A stretch of DNA of 64,000 bases from Myxococcales bacterium (GCA_023248745.1 JAHFDZ010000002.1:428-64427); one strand, 5' to 3'; counted from the first letter of the stretch, positions 9,997 to 18,839 are shown. The notes: generated from the letters alone by a model not told the origin. A program made the numbers and translations.

Positions 9997-11229
9997 TTAC
10001 CGGCCGGTGCGATCGTGCGACGCGATGCCCTTGCCCTCGCCGGTGACAATGGCTTCGGCGAGCATTGTGCCAGGCTGCGGGTTTAGGTCGCGAGCGGGCA
10101 GGCGCAAAATATGACGGACGGTTGGCGCGATATCGGCGAGCCGATGGGGCGCCGCTGTGGTGATGATGCCTTCTTGTCTTGCGAGACCACCAAGCGCGAT
10201 GACGAACGATCGCGCGGACTCTGGATAGGCGCCACCGTGATTGCGAAAGTCGTTTGCGCGTCCGTGATCGGTCGTAATGAGCACCGTCGTGCGTTTGCCC
10301 CACTCACCGCTGCGCCTGAGCGTGCTTCGTAACTCGCCGAGGATTGAATCGGTTTGGTGGAGCGCCTTAATGTAACCGCGATAGTCGCCTTTGTGGGCGT
10401 ACTCGTCGGTGTCGCCGAGCGCGAGAAACGTAAGTCGAGGCGTGCGTGCTTCGATGTAGGCGAGCGCAAGACGCGCGGTGAGTGTGTCGGGCCGATAGCC
10501 ATCGAGCCCGGGGAAGGGATCTTTTGGCCTGCCGGTTTCCCATAACTGAAGAAGCGCAGGGGTCTTCTTGAGCTCCGGCCATCCGTACAGGGAGTCGATG
10601 CCTGCCGAGATGACGATTGCCTCGGGTGATTTTGCAACCGCGCGGCCGAGGATCGGCCACGAAGCAAACGCGGCGATTGCGTCGCGCGTGCCGGCGCGTT
10701 CGCGCGCTTCGTCGAGAATCGTTTTCTCTTTCACGGAGCCGCACTCGTTGTCTTGGCAGCCAGGTTGCGCGTGGCCGGTTAGGATTTCGAGGTACCCAGG
10801 TAGCGACACATAGTTGGGTCCGCTTGCAAACACGCCGTGTGCGTCGCTCGGCGCGCCGAGTGCCGTGCCTTCGTCACGCAACCATGCGTGAAGTTCTGGC
10901 ATGAGATTCTCGCCGGACGTAAAATTTTCGAGGTCGGAAAATCCGCGTTGCGAGACCGTGGCAGGATCTGCGCCATCGAATACGTCTTGTGCGCGCGCAC
11001 CGTCGATGACGACGAGAATGACGTTGTTCTTCTCGCGGCCTTCCCACTGCACGCGGCTGGGTGCTCTTGCGACGAACCCGAGTGCTTCATGGGTGAGCAC
11101 CGCAGGTGACTCGTGCTGCATGGGGGTGTTCCATGCAGCGCCTGCAGCCGCGAACGTGGCAACAGCCGCGAACGCCCAAGTCTTGCGACCCCAGAGGCCT
11201 AAATATGTCGTGTGGTGATCCCTTTTCAT
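9997..11229 (-). CDS. alkaline-phosphatase-superfamily hydrolase (phosphodiesterase/sulfatase-like), secreted
   Basis: VILVVIDGARAQDVF and ITTDHGR motifs. ATG 11229 is preceded by GGAGG. Confidence 0.6.
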   Translation of the reverse strand: MKRDHHTTYLGLWGRKTWAFAAVATFAAAGAAWNTPMQHESPAVLTHEALGFVARAPSRVQWEGREKNNVILVVIDGARAQDVFDGADPATVSQRGFSDLENFTSGENLMPELHAWLRDEGTALGAPSDAHGVFASGPNYVSLPGYLEILTGHAQPGCQDNECGSVKEKTILDEARERAGTRDAIAAFASWPILGRAVAKSPEAIVISAGIDSLYGWPELKKTPALLQLWETGRPKDPFPGLDGYRPDTLTARLALAYIEARTPRLTFLALGDTDEYAHKGDYRGYIKALHQTDSILGELRSTLRRSGEWGKRTTVLITTDHGRANDFRNHGGAYPESARSFVIALGGLARQEGIITTAAPHRLADIAPTVRHILRLPARDLNPQPGTMLAEAIVTGEGKGIASHDRTGR

Positions 11230-11531
11230 GGGTACCTCCGCCAGCAACCAGTTCCAAGGTTCGTTTCATTCCAAACGGACATTGGGTGGGTACACTTCAT
11301 TGTGAAGACAATGCGGACGATTGCCACATCATGCGAGAAAGCAGCGCTCGTACGCAAACTCTGCACACAACTATCTGAACATACGCGCAAGGCAACGCGG
11401 CTACGACCGCGCAATCAATTCGTAACTTCAAGTGTCTAAATTGTGACGCGAGTGCCTACTTATGCAAATTGAACTTCTCGCTCAGACTGGCCGTTTATGG
11501 TGAAACGCCCACGTTTTGAGGAGCCTGGCTC

Positions 11532-12353
11532 ATGTTGCTGCGCACACTGCCCCACGCCATCGCCATCGCCATCGCCACGTTGTTTGGCGTTTCGACCAAG
11601 GTCGCACGCGCGGTTGATTGGGTTGATAGGCCGCTCACCAATGGCTCGATGCACGTCCAAGGCGACGTCGGATACGGCATCGGATTTGGTGCGCGTCAAA
11701 GCGAGCTCTCTGCGCCCCTCATGACCACGCAGACCGACAAGGGCAGCGGCTTTCACTTGAGCGCGCAGCTTGGGCTTCCGCTTGGGTTTGAAATTGGCGC
11801 ACGTGTGGGCTTTCGCATCGGTGACGCGGGAAAAATTACGCGCGGCGATGAATTCGGTCGCGTGTATGATGCAAATACCTACGCAACGGCTGGCGACACG
11901 GCATCGAATCCAGAGTTCCTGCTTCGCAGCTCGATCGTGGCGACCAAAATTGTCGAGCTGGGCAGCGAGCTGCGCTTCGTCGTTCCGGCGGTGTCGGGTT
12001 CGTCGTTTGGGATGACTGCAGGCTTGCCATTTCGGCTTCGAGCACCTGGAGTCTTGCGATTCGATACGGGTTTCTATTTGCCCACGGTTTTCACCTCGCG
12101 CAACGACTACGCGTTCAGCATTCCCATCCAGCTCTGGTTTCAAATTAGCAATTTTTATGTGGGCGCTATCTCGGGCGTGAAGATTTACCGACAGCCCTTT
12201 GAGCGCGTTGACCTCGCGGCGGGTGTCGGTGTCGGTGTGACGCTTGGAAGCATCTTTGACGTGCGTTTGCAGGTCGTTACCCAGCGCGTGAACGACGAGG
12301 AATGGCTGCGCGCAACAGGCCTTGGTCTCAACGTGGGCGTTCAGACCCCTTAG
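11532..12353 (+). CDS. secreted beta-rich protein, possible outer-membrane beta-barrel
   Basis: Signal peptide MLLRTLPHAIAIAIATLFGVSTKVARA, followed by an alternating beta-strand-like pattern rich in G/F/R. No family recognised. Confidence 0.45.
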   Translation: MLLRTLPHAIAIAIATLFGVSTKVARAVDWVDRPLTNGSMHVQGDVGYGIGFGARQSELSAPLMTTQTDKGSGFHLSAQLGLPLGFEIGARVGFRIGDAGKITRGDEFGRVYDANTYATAGDTASNPEFLLRSSIVATKIVELGSELRFVVPAVSGSSFGMTAGLPFRLRAPGVLRFDTGFYLPTVFTSRNDYAFSIPIQLWFQISNFYVGAISGVKIYRQPFERVDLAAGVGVGVTLGSIFDVRLQVVTQRVNDEEWLRATGLGLNVGVQTP

Positions 12354-12384
12354 TGAAGCTCAGGCGCTTGTAACTAAGATTGAG

Positions 12385-12405
12385 TCGCAGGTCCGGTTCC
12401 TGCGA
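12385..12405 (+). terminator. candidate hairpin between the beta-barrel-like gene and mglB
   Basis: tcgcagg tccggtt cctgcga: 7-bp stem, 7-nt loop, weak T-tract. Confidence 0.3.
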
Positions 12406-12449
12406 TACTCGTTAACAGATTGGGCATTTCGCCCGTTTTGGAGCGCAGG

Positions 12450-12932
12450 ATGGCCGAGCAACAGCTCGTCATGTACGAGGAAGAGTTCGTGCAAATCCAG
12501 GCGGTAGTTGACCGCCTGTTGCGCGACGCCATGGCCAAAGTCGTCATGTTGGTTGACATGAACGGCCAGCTTATCGCGCAGAGCGGTGAGACCGATCACC
12601 TCGACGTTGTCGGTCTCGCGGTGCTCACCGCTGGCAACGTCGCGGCAACGGGCGGCATCGCGCGCATCTTGCGCGAGAACGGATTCGCCATTCAGTTTCA
12701 CGAAGGCGAGAAGGCGAACATCTATACCTTCCTTGTTTCCAATCGACTCATTCTCGAAGTCGTCTTCGATGCCCGAACGTCACCGGGTCTCGTTCGACTA
12801 AGACTGAAGAAGGCAGGCGAAGCGCTTGCCGTCATTCTTGAAGCGCTTTCGCGTAAACAGAACCAGCCTGGCTTTGACTTGCACTTCGAAGGCATCACCG
12901 ACGAAGATATCGATAACCTGTTTAACGACTGA
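12450..12932 (+). CDS. mglB: MglB, roadblock/LC7-type GTPase-activating protein of MglA
   Basis: QLVMYEEEF, GNVAATGGIA, LVRLRLKKA and C-terminal DEDIDNLFND closely parallel M. xanthus MglB. ATG 12450 has GGAG upstream. Confidence 0.85.
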   Translation: MAEQQLVMYEEEFVQIQAVVDRLLRDAMAKVVMLVDMNGQLIAQSGETDHLDVVGLAVLTAGNVAATGGIARILRENGFAIQFHEGEKANIYTFLVSNRLILEVVFDARTSPGLVRLRLKKAGEALAVILEALSRKQNQPGFDLHFEGITDEDIDNLFND

Positions 12933-12946
12933 GGGACCGCGCGACC

Positions 12947-13534
12947 ATGCCGCACATCAATGTAATGACGCGCGAAATTAGCTTTAAGGTCGTCTACTGC
13001 GGGCCTGGCCTGTGCGGTAAAACGACCAACTTGCGTTACATTCACGAGCACTGGAATGCAGGGCACAAGGGCAAGATGATCGAGCTCCCGACCGAGACGG
13101 AGCGCACCTTGTTCTTCGACTTTGCGCCGCTCGACTTTGGCGAGATTGGCGGGCTCAAGACAAGGTTCCAGCTCTTTACGGTTCCAGGTCAGGTCTTCTA
13201 CCGCGAAACGCGCCAGCTCGTGCTGAAGGGCGCCGACGGCATCGTGTTCGTGGCCGACTCGCAATACCCGCGCATGGATTCGAACGAAGAAGCTTTCTAC
13301 GAATTGAAAGAGCACCTGCAGGGGCTTGGTCGCACGCTCGAAGACTTCCCGCTTGTCGTTCAATACAACAAGCGTGACCTGCCCGCTGTTGCGACGGTCG
13401 AAGAGTTGCGCGAGCTCGTTAACAAGAGCGGCGTTCCCGATTTCGAAGCCGTGGCATCGACGGGGCAGAACGTGTTCGAAACGTTCAAGGCGCTCGTGAA
13501 GCTCGTGCTCGCGGAGTTGCGAAAGAAAAAGTAG
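12947..13534 (+). CDS. mglA: MglA, Ras-like polarity/motility GTPase
   Basis: VVYCGPGLCGKTTNL (P-loop), TVPGQVFY (switch II) and QYNKRDL. Near-collinear with M. xanthus MglA. Starts 14 nt after mglB. Confidence 0.9.
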   Translation: MPHINVMTREISFKVVYCGPGLCGKTTNLRYIHEHWNAGHKGKMIELPTETERTLFFDFAPLDFGEIGGLKTRFQLFTVPGQVFYRETRQLVLKGADGIVFVADSQYPRMDSNEEAFYELKEHLQGLGRTLEDFPLVVQYNKRDLPAVATVEELRELVNKSGVPDFEAVASTGQNVFETFKALVKLVLAELRKKK

Positions 13535-13541
13535 CAAGTGC

Positions 13542-13564
13542 GCGCGAAGAACGTTCTTCCGCGC
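13542..13564. terminator. candidate bidirectional terminator hairpin after mglA
   Basis: gcgcgaagaac/gttcttccgcgc near-perfect palindrome 8 nt after the mglA stop, followed by attgcttt. It lies between convergent genes. Confidence 0.4.
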
Positions 13565-13644
13565 ATTGCTTTGGCGTGCGAGGTGATGTTGAGCGTCGGG
13601 TGACGCGAGGCGGTTGATAAGGTTAGGGACCTTATAACTTGTGA

Positions 13645-14565
13645 CTACTTGCAAGTTGCAGGATCGAAGATCTCGCACTTCTTGGTCGTCGGGTTGCATT
13701 GTGCAGGCGTGAGGCAGCTCGTGGTGCAATCTTCGGGCTCCTTTGGGCTCGTCGTGCATTTCCCAGAAGCGGTGCCCGTTGCGAGTGCACAGTAGTTGGT
13801 GCCGACGCAAGAGACGTACTGTCCACTCACCATGCCGCAGTCTTGCCCGGCAGATGCAAAGGACACCTTCGCGCACTTCTTGGTCGAAGCGTTACAGGTC
13901 AGTCCAAGGGCTGAGTCGCATCCGCCAGGGCTCGCCGAGCAGTCCGCATTCTCGCCGAGCGGCGCACTGCACTTTGCGCCAATGCAGGTTGTTCCAGCCG
14001 CGCACCATGTCGTGGAGGTGCACGCTTCACCGGCCTTTGGACGCGCGACGCACTTGCGTGACACGTTGTCGCAGAAGAGGTTGGTTTCGCAGGCAGTGGT
14101 GACACAATCGCCGCCAAGCGCGACGCGCGTGGCGCACTTTCCGCAGTTGTTCATGCTCGAACTTTCGATCGAGATGGAGCAATAGCCGCTCTGGCATTGT
14201 GGGCTCACGGCGCATGCTGTCGCGTTGGGCAAGGTGCCTTTGAATTCGCAGGCGACGAGAGTCGCGTTGCCGTTCGACAAGTCCGCGCAACTCGCGCTCT
14301 GGATTGCGTCAAAGCAGCTGCCGAGCTGCGCGCTTGTGACGCTCGTGCCAGGGGCTGTAAAGGTACTCTTGAGGCTGATGGCGCTTCGCGCTTTGCAGGT
14401 TGCGACGTCGCCGAAAATTTGTGCGATGGATGCGGGTGTACAGCTGTTCAACTTGTCGCACACGGCAGTTGAGAGTTCTTGAGGCGCTGCCTCGACGGTG
14501 ACGAGGCGCCCGCTGCACGCGATCCAGAATCCTGCGACGGCCATTAGTGCGTATGAACGTTTCAT
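13645..14565 (-). CDS. highly Cys-rich secreted lipoprotein
   Basis: ATG 14565 (MKRSYALMAVAGFWIAC lipobox-like). About 33 Cys in about 290 mature residues, arranged in repeated C-x(5-7)-C-x(3-6)-C units. Confidence 0.6.
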   Translation of the reverse strand: MKRSYALMAVAGFWIACSGRLVTVEAAPQELSTAVCDKLNSCTPASIAQIFGDVATCKARSAISLKSTFTAPGTSVTSAQLGSCFDAIQSASCADLSNGNATLVACEFKGTLPNATACAVSPQCQSGYCSISIESSSMNNCGKCATRVALGGDCVTTACETNLFCDNVSRKCVARPKAGEACTSTTWCAAGTTCIGAKCSAPLGENADCSASPGGCDSALGLTCNASTKKCAKVSFASAGQDCGMVSGQYVSCVGTNYCALATGTASGKCTTSPKEPEDCTTSCLTPAQCNPTTKKCEIFDPATCK

Positions 14566-14669
14566 TTTGTAGTCTCCAAATTTTCCGGTGTCCCGGGACA
14601 ACAGCACGGGTCGTGCCACGGCGATCTCCCGTGAAAAGTTGGGTAATTGAGGTTCACGTGAAGCAGTGT

Positions 14670-15485
14670 TCACGCCCTTCGGGCAACACCCTTCGCGGGC
14701 ACGGTTGGAAGCGTCGAGAAGATCGCTGCATCGTGAGAAGGCACAAGTGTCGTCGTCTTTCTCGCTTCGCGCAGCGCGTCACGACAAGCACGGTGCTTGC
14801 TCTTGTCCCAACGATTGAACCGGCTGATGAGGCCGCAGTCCGCAAGGTCAAGTTCCTTTACGTTGTAGACGGCGTCGCCCACGTGAATAAAGTGCTTGCC
14901 GCCGGAAGCGATAGCCACCGCAATCGCACCTGGCGTATGGCCTTGCGCGTCGAGCAGATGCACCGAGTCGTCCTCAAAGAGATCAAGGCTCTTCGCAAAG
15001 CCTTCGCGCGCGCCATCTTCAAGTTCGACAGGAACGATGCGCTGCTCGAGTTTCAGATCGCGCTTGTCGTAGCCAAGGTCGGTGCGCCGCCACGAAAACG
15101 CATCGAGTTCTTCTTTGCTGACGATGAGCTCGGCGTTCGGAAAATCGCGCACACCGCCCACGTGATCGAAGTGAAGATGCGTTGCGATGATGGCTTTGAC
15201 GTTCTCGCGCCGAAGGCCACGCTTCTCGAGTTGAATGGCGACAGCGTCTTCGGGTGTTGTTTGAATGCTCAAAAAACGCGCACGCACGTGGCCGACGTTC
15301 TTGCCCGGCTCGCGACATGCGGCTTCGGATAAGCCGGCATCAACGAGCACGATCGATTCGTCGTCGCGCACGATCACGGCAACGGTGTTCGACATGCTAC
15401 TTGACGAAAATCCACTGCCCCCGAGCACAAAGGCCGGTGCCGCGAACGTACCGCTGGAAACAAAAAACACATCGCGGTTAGCCAC
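14670..15485 (-). CDS. MBL-fold metallo-hydrolase (AHL-lactonase-like)
   Basis: HxHxDH motif THLHFDHVGG, and VLVDAGL. The 414-aa ORF carries a 140-aa Arg/Pro/Ser-rich N-terminal extension that I judge non-coding. GTG 15485 (alternatively 15470) retains the first strand VFFVSSGTF. Confidence 0.7.
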   Translation of the reverse strand: MANRDVFFVSSGTFAAPAFVLGGSGFSSSSMSNTVAVIVRDDESIVLVDAGLSEAACREPGKNVGHVRARFLSIQTTPEDAVAIQLEKRGLRRENVKAIIATHLHFDHVGGVRDFPNAELIVSKEELDAFSWRRTDLGYDKRDLKLEQRIVPVELEDGAREGFAKSLDLFEDDSVHLLDAQGHTPGAIAVAIASGGKHFIHVGDAVYNVKELDLADCGLISRFNRWDKSKHRACRDALREARKTTTLVPSHDAAIFSTLPTVPAKGVARRA

Positions 15486-15568
15486 CGCGCGAACGCTAAG
15501 CCAACCGCGACAAGAAGTGGAGCGAGACCGAACAGCCCGTGCCTTCGGTCTTCCGCCAGGAGGCGGCG

Positions 15569-15688
15569 TTACTCGCCTTGATAGATGCGCGCGCGCCGAC
15601 CGCGGTCTTTTGCCTTGAGTTTGGCGCGGTAGCGCTTGGTCTTGGTGCGGTTCGTCTTGCGGGGCTTCTTCGAAATGACGAGAAACAT
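15569..15688 (-). CDS. candidate 39-aa highly basic micro-protein
   Basis: Not in ORF track (<60 aa). ATG 15688 has GAGGA about 6 nt upstream. Encodes MFLVISKKPRKTNRTKTKRYRAKLKAKDRGRRARIYQGE (16 of 39 residues Lys/Arg) with mostly G/C third positions. No family recognised. Confidence 0.3.
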   Translation of the reverse strand: MFLVISKKPRKTNRTKTKRYRAKLKAKDRGRRARIYQGE

Positions 15689-15864
15689 TGGGTTTCCTCT
15701 TGGATGCGAGGCTCCGGGGAGCCGAAGGGTCGGCGAAGGTACCTTGCGGGGGGGGAATTTGCAATGGGGCTGCGCGGCGGATGGCTGACGCTGACGCGTA
15801 ACCGCGCACGTGGCCTTTTATATGAGCGCTGCACTTCGCGGATATGTGCTGCGCACGGCTATTT

Positions 15865-15893
15865 GGGGGCCGAAACCGCATGGTTTCGCCCCC
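15865..15893. other. strong GC-rich intergenic hairpin (12-bp stem, one bulge, GCAT loop)
   Basis: gggggccgaaacc gcat ggtttcgccccc. No U-tract on either strand. Confidence 0.6.
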
Positions 15894-16060
15894 AAGCCCC
15901 CAGCTTCCTTTCACTGCGAGGAGATGATTCGTGCATCTGGGCGCTTGGCTACCCTGGTGTCCACCTGGATCGCTTCCCTACGCACGCAGGAGCGTGCTCG
16001 GTCGCTGCCTTTTTGGAGGCTGTGGTGTTTCCTGGACGTTTGTTGGCGGAGCTCGCTGAC

Positions 16061-16090
16061 TCCTTGCTCCTGCTCCTGCTCCTGCGTCCG
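16061..16090. repeat. hexanucleotide microsatellite (CTCCTG)3 with degenerate flanking units
   Basis: tccttg ctcctg ctcctg ctcctg cgtccg, located 13 nt beyond the stop of the minus-strand DsbA-like gene. Confidence 0.85.
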
Positions 16091-16102
16091 GCGCCCTCCG
16101 AC

Positions 16103-18091
16103 CTACTTTCCCGCGAGGGCTAGCTCGATCACGCGGCGAAACTTGCTGAAGGGCCAGGCTCCAGACATGTAGTGGCCGTTGATGAGGAACGACGGTGTGC
16201 CTGTGATTTGTCCGGCTTCGGCGGCGTCCATGTCGGCTTGAATCAACGGGTCGTAGGTGGAGGCGTCGAGTGCGGCTTCGAACTTTGTTAGGTCGAGTTT
16301 TTGCGTCGTTGCGTATTGCGTGAGGTCCGCGCGCGACAGTGACTTTTGGTTTTCGAAAAGGAGATCGTGCATCGCCCAAAATCCTTTGTTGCCTTGTTGC
16401 TTTTGCGCTTCGCGTGCGGCGTTGGCGGCTGGCTTTGCGTTCTGGTGAAACGGGAGGGGCAAGTCGCGCCAAACAAATCGTATACGGTTACGATATCGTT
16501 TCTCGATCTTCGCGAGAGTGGGTTCGACCCGGCTGCAGAAGGGACACTGGAAGTCGGAGAAGATCTGAATCGTCACCCTTGCGCCTGCCGGACCCTTAGA
16601 GGGGGCAGTTTTGGGAATGGCACCGACGCTCTTCTTCTCGAGCGGCTCCTCTGCGGGCTCTTCTCCGCCGGCGATGAGCTTTTCGTAAAGTTTGTTTACC
16701 GGTACGCCCTTGGCCTGAAGTGCCCTTGCACGCGCGAGCTCCTCATCGATGATTTGTTCAAAGCGCTCGAACCGGTGGGCACCTGAGAGTCTGCGACCGT
16801 TGATGAAAAAGTGGGGCGTACTGTTTGTTTGGAATCGCGATGCGAGTGCGAGTTCGTCTTCGAGAAAGTCGTCCCAGCGCTCGTCGGCGATCGCCTTTTC
16901 AAATCGTGGAACATTGATGCCCAGTTGCTTTGCGAGGTCGCCAAAATCGAGCTTCTCGAAGGGAGTTGTCCGATCGAATAGAAGGTCGTGCGCAGCCCAA
17001 AAACCTGCGTTCCCTTTCTGTGCGAGCGCTTCCAGAGCCAGCGTTGCTGCGGGCCTTGCGCGCTTGTGAAAGGCTAGGGGCAGGTGGCGAAACGCGATGC
17101 GCACGTCGTCTTTGTATTGCGTGCGAATCTTCTCGAGCGTGGGCCGCACCTTCGCGCTGAAGGCGCACTCGAAGTTCGCAAATTCGACGATGGTAACGAG
17201 TGCTCCGGTTTTGTTGCCGCGGATGGGAGCGGTGCCGAGTGGAACCTTCCACACCTTGGTGTTGTCCTCGGGTTCAGCGTCTTCGGTTTTGGGCGGAGAG
17301 TGATTTGCCTTTGAGCGCTCCACATAAATGCGGTCGGCGGGTACATCGGTAAGTAAGTTGACGGCATCGATCTCTCTGTCGATGATGGCGGCGACCTTGT
17401 CGAACGGTTGCGCGCCACTGATGGCGATCCCGTTGATGAAACTCGCAGGTGTTCCGGTGATGCCCAGCTTCTTCGCAACGGCGTCGTCGCTTTCGACTTC
17501 TGCTTTGTAGCGCGCGAGGTCGACGTCTGAGGGTGTGGCGATGGGCGTCAGACCTAGCGCAAGTGGCACGTCAAACGCGTTTGTCGACTTTAAGACAATT
17601 TGTGGATTGGCAAATGCGGCGTGGAGCAAATCGAAGAACGCGTCGCTTCCGCCTCTCTCGAAAACCGCGCGGCTGACGATGGCCATCGGCATTGCGTGCG
17701 TATGAATTGACGTCAGCGGCATGTGCTTAAAGACAAGCCGCACCTGATCGTTGCCGTAGACCTCTCGCACTTGCTTGAGAGTGCCACGGTCAAATCTTCC
17801 ACAATAAGGGCATTCAAAATCGCTAAACGTGACGATCGTGACCTTGGCGGTGCGTGAGCCCGACATTGCATCGACGCTTGAGATTGGGATGGGCGAGTCT
17901 GCGTCTGACCAAGCGGGCGCCGGTGCGTATGGGGGTAGCGCGCGTTCTTCCGCCGCGGCCGTTGAGCCACGCTCGGCCGTGAACGAAGGCGCTTCGGTAA
18001 CGTTCACTTTGTTGACTGCACGGTTGCTCGCGCCTCCGCACGCCACGAGTACGGCGAGGGTGAGGACAGAGAGACGTGAATGGTCAATCAT
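16103..18091 (-). CDS. secreted protein with three tandem DsbA/thioredoxin-like modules
   Basis: Lipobox-like MIDHSRLSVLTLAVLVACGG. Active-site positions are FECPYCGRF, FECAFSAKV (second Cys lost) and FQCPFCSRV. ATG 18091 has GGGAG upstream (ORF opens at 18106). Confidence 0.75.
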   Translation of the reverse strand: MIDHSRLSVLTLAVLVACGGASNRAVNKVNVTEAPSFTAERGSTAAAEERALPPYAPAPAWSDADSPIPISSVDAMSGSRTAKVTIVTFSDFECPYCGRFDRGTLKQVREVYGNDQVRLVFKHMPLTSIHTHAMPMAIVSRAVFERGGSDAFFDLLHAAFANPQIVLKSTNAFDVPLALGLTPIATPSDVDLARYKAEVESDDAVAKKLGITGTPASFINGIAISGAQPFDKVAAIIDREIDAVNLLTDVPADRIYVERSKANHSPPKTEDAEPEDNTKVWKVPLGTAPIRGNKTGALVTIVEFANFECAFSAKVRPTLEKIRTQYKDDVRIAFRHLPLAFHKRARPAATLALEALAQKGNAGFWAAHDLLFDRTTPFEKLDFGDLAKQLGINVPRFEKAIADERWDDFLEDELALASRFQTNSTPHFFINGRRLSGAHRFERFEQIIDEELARARALQAKGVPVNKLYEKLIAGGEEPAEEPLEKKSVGAIPKTAPSKGPAGARVTIQIFSDFQCPFCSRVEPTLAKIEKRYRNRIRFVWRDLPLPFHQNAKPAANAAREAQKQQGNKGFWAMHDLLFENQKSLSRADLTQYATTQKLDLTKFEAALDASTYDPLIQADMDAAEAGQITGTPSFLINGHYMSGAWPFSKFRRVIELALAGK

Positions 18092-18165
18092 GTTGACAAC
18101 TCCCATAGGCGCGAGAACGTAGATTGCAGCGGGCGAGTGAACCGTGGATCATCGTACACACGTTC

Positions 18166-18531
18166 ATGACAGTTCGATTGATCCATGAGTTTCGCTTCGA
18201 GTCGGCGCACCGCTTGCCCAAGGTTCCAGAGGGCCATAAGTGCGCACGCTTGCACGGCCACTCCTTCAAGGTTGAACTTGCCGTGCGCGGGCCGGTCGAC
18301 GCCGAAACAGGATGGTTCATCGATTTTGGCGATCTCTACGAAATTTGGAAGCCCGTTTGGGAGCAGCTCGATCACCACTACCTAAACGACATTCCCGGTC
18401 TCGAGAACCCGACGAGCGAAGTGCTTGCCAAGTGGATTTGGGACCAGATGAAGCCGCGTCTTCCTTCGCTCGAAACGGTCATTCTCTTCGAGACGTGCGA
18501 TGCGCGCTGCGAATACTCGGGTGACGATTGA
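18166..18531 (+). CDS. queD: 6-carboxy-5,6,7,8-tetrahydropterin synthase
   Basis: [17 protein letters not shown]...[14 protein letters not shown] matches the QueD/PTPS family. ATG 18166. Confidence 0.85.
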   Translation: MTVRLIHEFRFESAHRLPKVPEGHKCARLHGHSFKVELAVRGPVDAETGWFIDFGDLYEIWKPVWEQLDHHYLNDIPGLENPTSEVLAKWIWDQMKPRLPSLETVILFETCDARCEYSGDD

Positions 18532-18824
18532 GCAAGGCGTTCGTGTGTCGGTGCGAGGATGTGACGCTTCACGATTTTGAAGAAGCGATGGATCGCGGCT
18601 ATCTCGATATCGAGTCGGTCAAGCGCTACACCGGATTTGGAACCGGTTGGTGTCAGGGCAAGTCATGCGTGTCGCTGTGCGCGCGGCTGCTTGCGGAGCG
18701 TGGCGTGAAAGTGGCGCTGCCGATCACGCCACGCCCTCCGTACCATCCGTTGACGATAGCAGATCTGGCGGGTCTCGCTGAGGTTGCCGAACAGGATGAG
18801 GCTGCAGGTCGTGAGCCTCGATAG
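18528..18824 (+). CDS. BFD-like [2Fe-2S]-binding domain protein
   Basis: [43 protein letters not shown] carries the BFD-like Cys pattern (CxC...Cx4C). TTG start overlaps the queD stop (TTGA). Confidence 0.6.
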   Translation: MSKAFVCRCEDVTLHDFEEAMDRGYLDIESVKRYTGFGTGWCQGKSCVSLCARLLAERGVKVALPITPRPPYHPLTIADLAGLAEVAEQDEAAGREPR

Positions 18825-18839
18825 TCATCGCCTTCATTT

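Noticed and set aside
12722-13876. 384-aa ORF on the minus strand spanning mglB/mglA.
   Set aside because: It is fully antisense to two strongly recognisable genes. Its Arg/His/Leu-rich composition is typical of spurious antisense frames in GC-rich DNA, and it has no motif.
15486-15914. N-terminal 140-aa extension of the MBL-fold ORF (14670-15914).
   Set aside because: The extension is Arg/Pro/Ser-rich with no structure-like pattern, and it overlaps the better-supported micro-ORF region. The MBL fold begins around VFFVSSGTF.
15539-16123. 194-aa plus-strand ORF filling the spacer between the micro-ORF and the DsbA-like gene.
   Set aside because: There is no SD and the composition is implausible (Leu/Arg/Gly runs, LLLLLLLR from the hexamer repeat). 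It overlaps the hairpin and the microsatellite.
18107-18165. Looked for a preQ1 riboswitch in the queD leader.
   Set aside because: The leader is only about 60 nt and lacks the conserved preQ1-I/II core (no AGAGGTTC...ACCCTC...AAAAAACTA-like elements).
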